Shown here: piece after piece, positions 62,480 through 64,000 of the stretch
How the letters are laid out: each line of letters starts with the position of its first letter
Numbering within the stretch: the stretch's first letter is position 1
Notes under the pieces: generated by a model
Databases searched by the model: none
What the model was told of the DNA's origin: nothing
The model's input: the letters and a program-made list of their open reading frames with translations, nothing else
IMG/VR virus record: IMGVR_UViG_3300020045_008999
Coordinates: 160,001 to 224,000 of that record
Length of the DNA stretch: 64,000 nucleotides
Origin: a virus
Taxonomy: Duplodnaviria; Heunggongvirae; Uroviricota; Caudoviricetes
Reading direction: 5' to 3' (one strand)
Program-made: the position numbers and the translations under genes

Positions 62480-63943
62480 CTAATGTGTAATTCTCTTTAA
62501 TGTCTGTTTTGTAAATTCTTTACAAAGTCCCCATTTGGTCCCTCTTCCTGTATAATTATGTTGCTCAATATCCAGGATTTCAACGTACCCAGACCAATTA
62601 CATTTTTCCATTTTAGACCAAGTCGAAAATAATTTAATATAAGGTGTGTCCTGTCCGAATTTGTATAAATACCACTTTCCACCATATAACTTGCGATACC
62701 ACCGACTGTATAAAAAATCAGAATTCCAGTAAATATTTTCTTGTTTTTGTAAGTATTTACTATCTTCCATAATGATTTTCTCGCTTATTAGTAATGTGAT
62801 TAAATGTATCCAGCGATCGTAGTAAATAATTTGCTAATATATGATCAGGTGTATTACTAGCATTTTCTTTACAATATTTGTTCAGTAATAAAGTTAATTC
62901 TTTTTCAAAACTGATATCAGATGATTCCAATTCAAAATTAGTCGCAGTAGATTCTATTTGATCGCAAGGCAACACATTAGGATTAGTATCAAGTAAGTCA
63001 AATGCCTTATTTATAATTATATTCATATCGTCTTCGATCATCGAAATCAGTCTATAATTATCCCAGATAAATGTGTTGCCGTCATATTCAACATAGTCAA
63101 TTCGAAATCCACCAGCCATTAGCGCACTATATGTAAGTTTGTAATATACATTATTATACCTGACTAAATCTGGTAATTCTACTTCACACCTATTATTAAA
63201 TTCAATTTCAATATTCATGTCCATTATATAGTTATTAATTTTTTAATATTTTTCATTTTTTCTCTACTTATTGTTTTTCCATGTTCGGTTATTTTAAATG
63301 GTGATTTATATATAACAATTTTAAAAAAATAGGACCCAAACTCATCATCATTTACGATGACACTTACCACAATCTGATTCCCATTATCATCACACTCGAT
63401 CTCTCCACCAACACCATATAAAAACTCAACAACTTTTTGAATATTTTCTGTACTAAAATCCATATTTACCTATTATTTAATTTGTGTATTAAATTGAAAA
63501 AACCCTACTATGTTATAGTAGGGTTTTTTAAAAAAGTTTGTTTTTTAATATTTCATTTGATACATTTCAGTGAAATCCAATATCACTTTATTACGATCTG
63601 GAATTATATTAAAGTCCGTAAAGCCATTTTTACCTAACATCGATTGTAATATATCGTTTAGTTTATCCCAGGTTGAATGAGTTATGCTATCATTTTCACG
63701 CGCAACAAATTCAACAATTACCTCATTGGCCCACTCATTGGAAGATTTGTTGAATACCGATGAGTATTTAATATCTCGAATACTACTACCCACAAATGAA
63801 AAAAGTTCTCTAATTCGAAAAGTGTTTACCAATACTTTAGATCCATCATCATCCAAAAATGAAATCATGTCAAATTTATCATCCGAAATATAATGTTCGG
63901 ATATAAAATCACCGATCTTTACTTTTATATTTTTACCATTCAT
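62480..63943 (-). other. Minus-strand hypothetical genes 62480..62770, 62760..63224, 63224..63463, 63545..63943
   Basis: Packed/overlapping co-oriented ORFs. Confidence 0.7.
63497..63529. terminator. Intrinsic (bidirectional) terminator
   Basis: aaaaaaCCCTACTAT-gtt-ATAGTAGGGtttttt. Confidence 0.8.
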
Positions 63944-64000
63944 TTAATATATTTCATTTTTCATTATATATAAAATATATGTTATGATAATGATATAATT

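Noticed and set aside
21103-63893. Short opposite-strand or nested ORFs (e.g. 21103..21468, 21842..22171, 43345..43683, 52319..52645, 53664..54014, 61836..62500)
   Set aside because: Overlap better-supported genes and lack leaders or motifs
1-64000. Stop-codon reassignment
   Set aside because: Paralogous LRR genes end at the same position in either TAA or TAG, TGA ends several coupled genes, and coding density is high under the standard code

Overview
AT-rich, gene-dense segment that reads as an accessory region of a large phage of a Bacteroidota (Flavobacteria-like) host. The phage call is inference: there are no capsid, terminase or polymerase genes here. It rests on many short co-oriented ORFs, homing endonucleases, and recurring TTG-N19-20-TAnnTTTG Bacteroidota sigma promoters. 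Positions 1-19.6 kb hold a minus-strand tandem array of 24 paralogous cysteine-containing 22-aa leucine-rich-repeat genes (family A; one is cut by the window edge, one is frameshifted). They share an N-cap (MKNLISKEEKD) and C-cap (ILKYQRHF.IWNDDL...DGLE), vary in repeat number and at the same repeat positions, and share sequence blocks patchily between non-adjacent copies. Most have a TATATA motif just upstream. The array is punctuated by a ~240-bp non-coding element with strand-specific G.A/GNA DNA hairpins at its ends, two head-to-head host-type promoters, and a 26-bp core between inverted repeats. The element occurs as full, core-inverted, core-deleted, cargo-carrying (GIY-YIG) and empty forms. 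After a strand switch at ~20.6-21.1 kb, the plus strand carries many small hypothetical genes. Among them are 13 dispersed, diverged LRR genes (family B) with a shared C-terminal R-x3-I-x2-IL tag, at least two (probably three) integron-attC-like gene cassettes, a 121-nt tRNA-like RNA, and PARG, macro-like, ATP-grasp, HNH, 2OG-oxygenase-like and minimal kinase-like genes. The window ends with minus-strand Fic, NUDIX, cupin and DNA methyltransferase genes.
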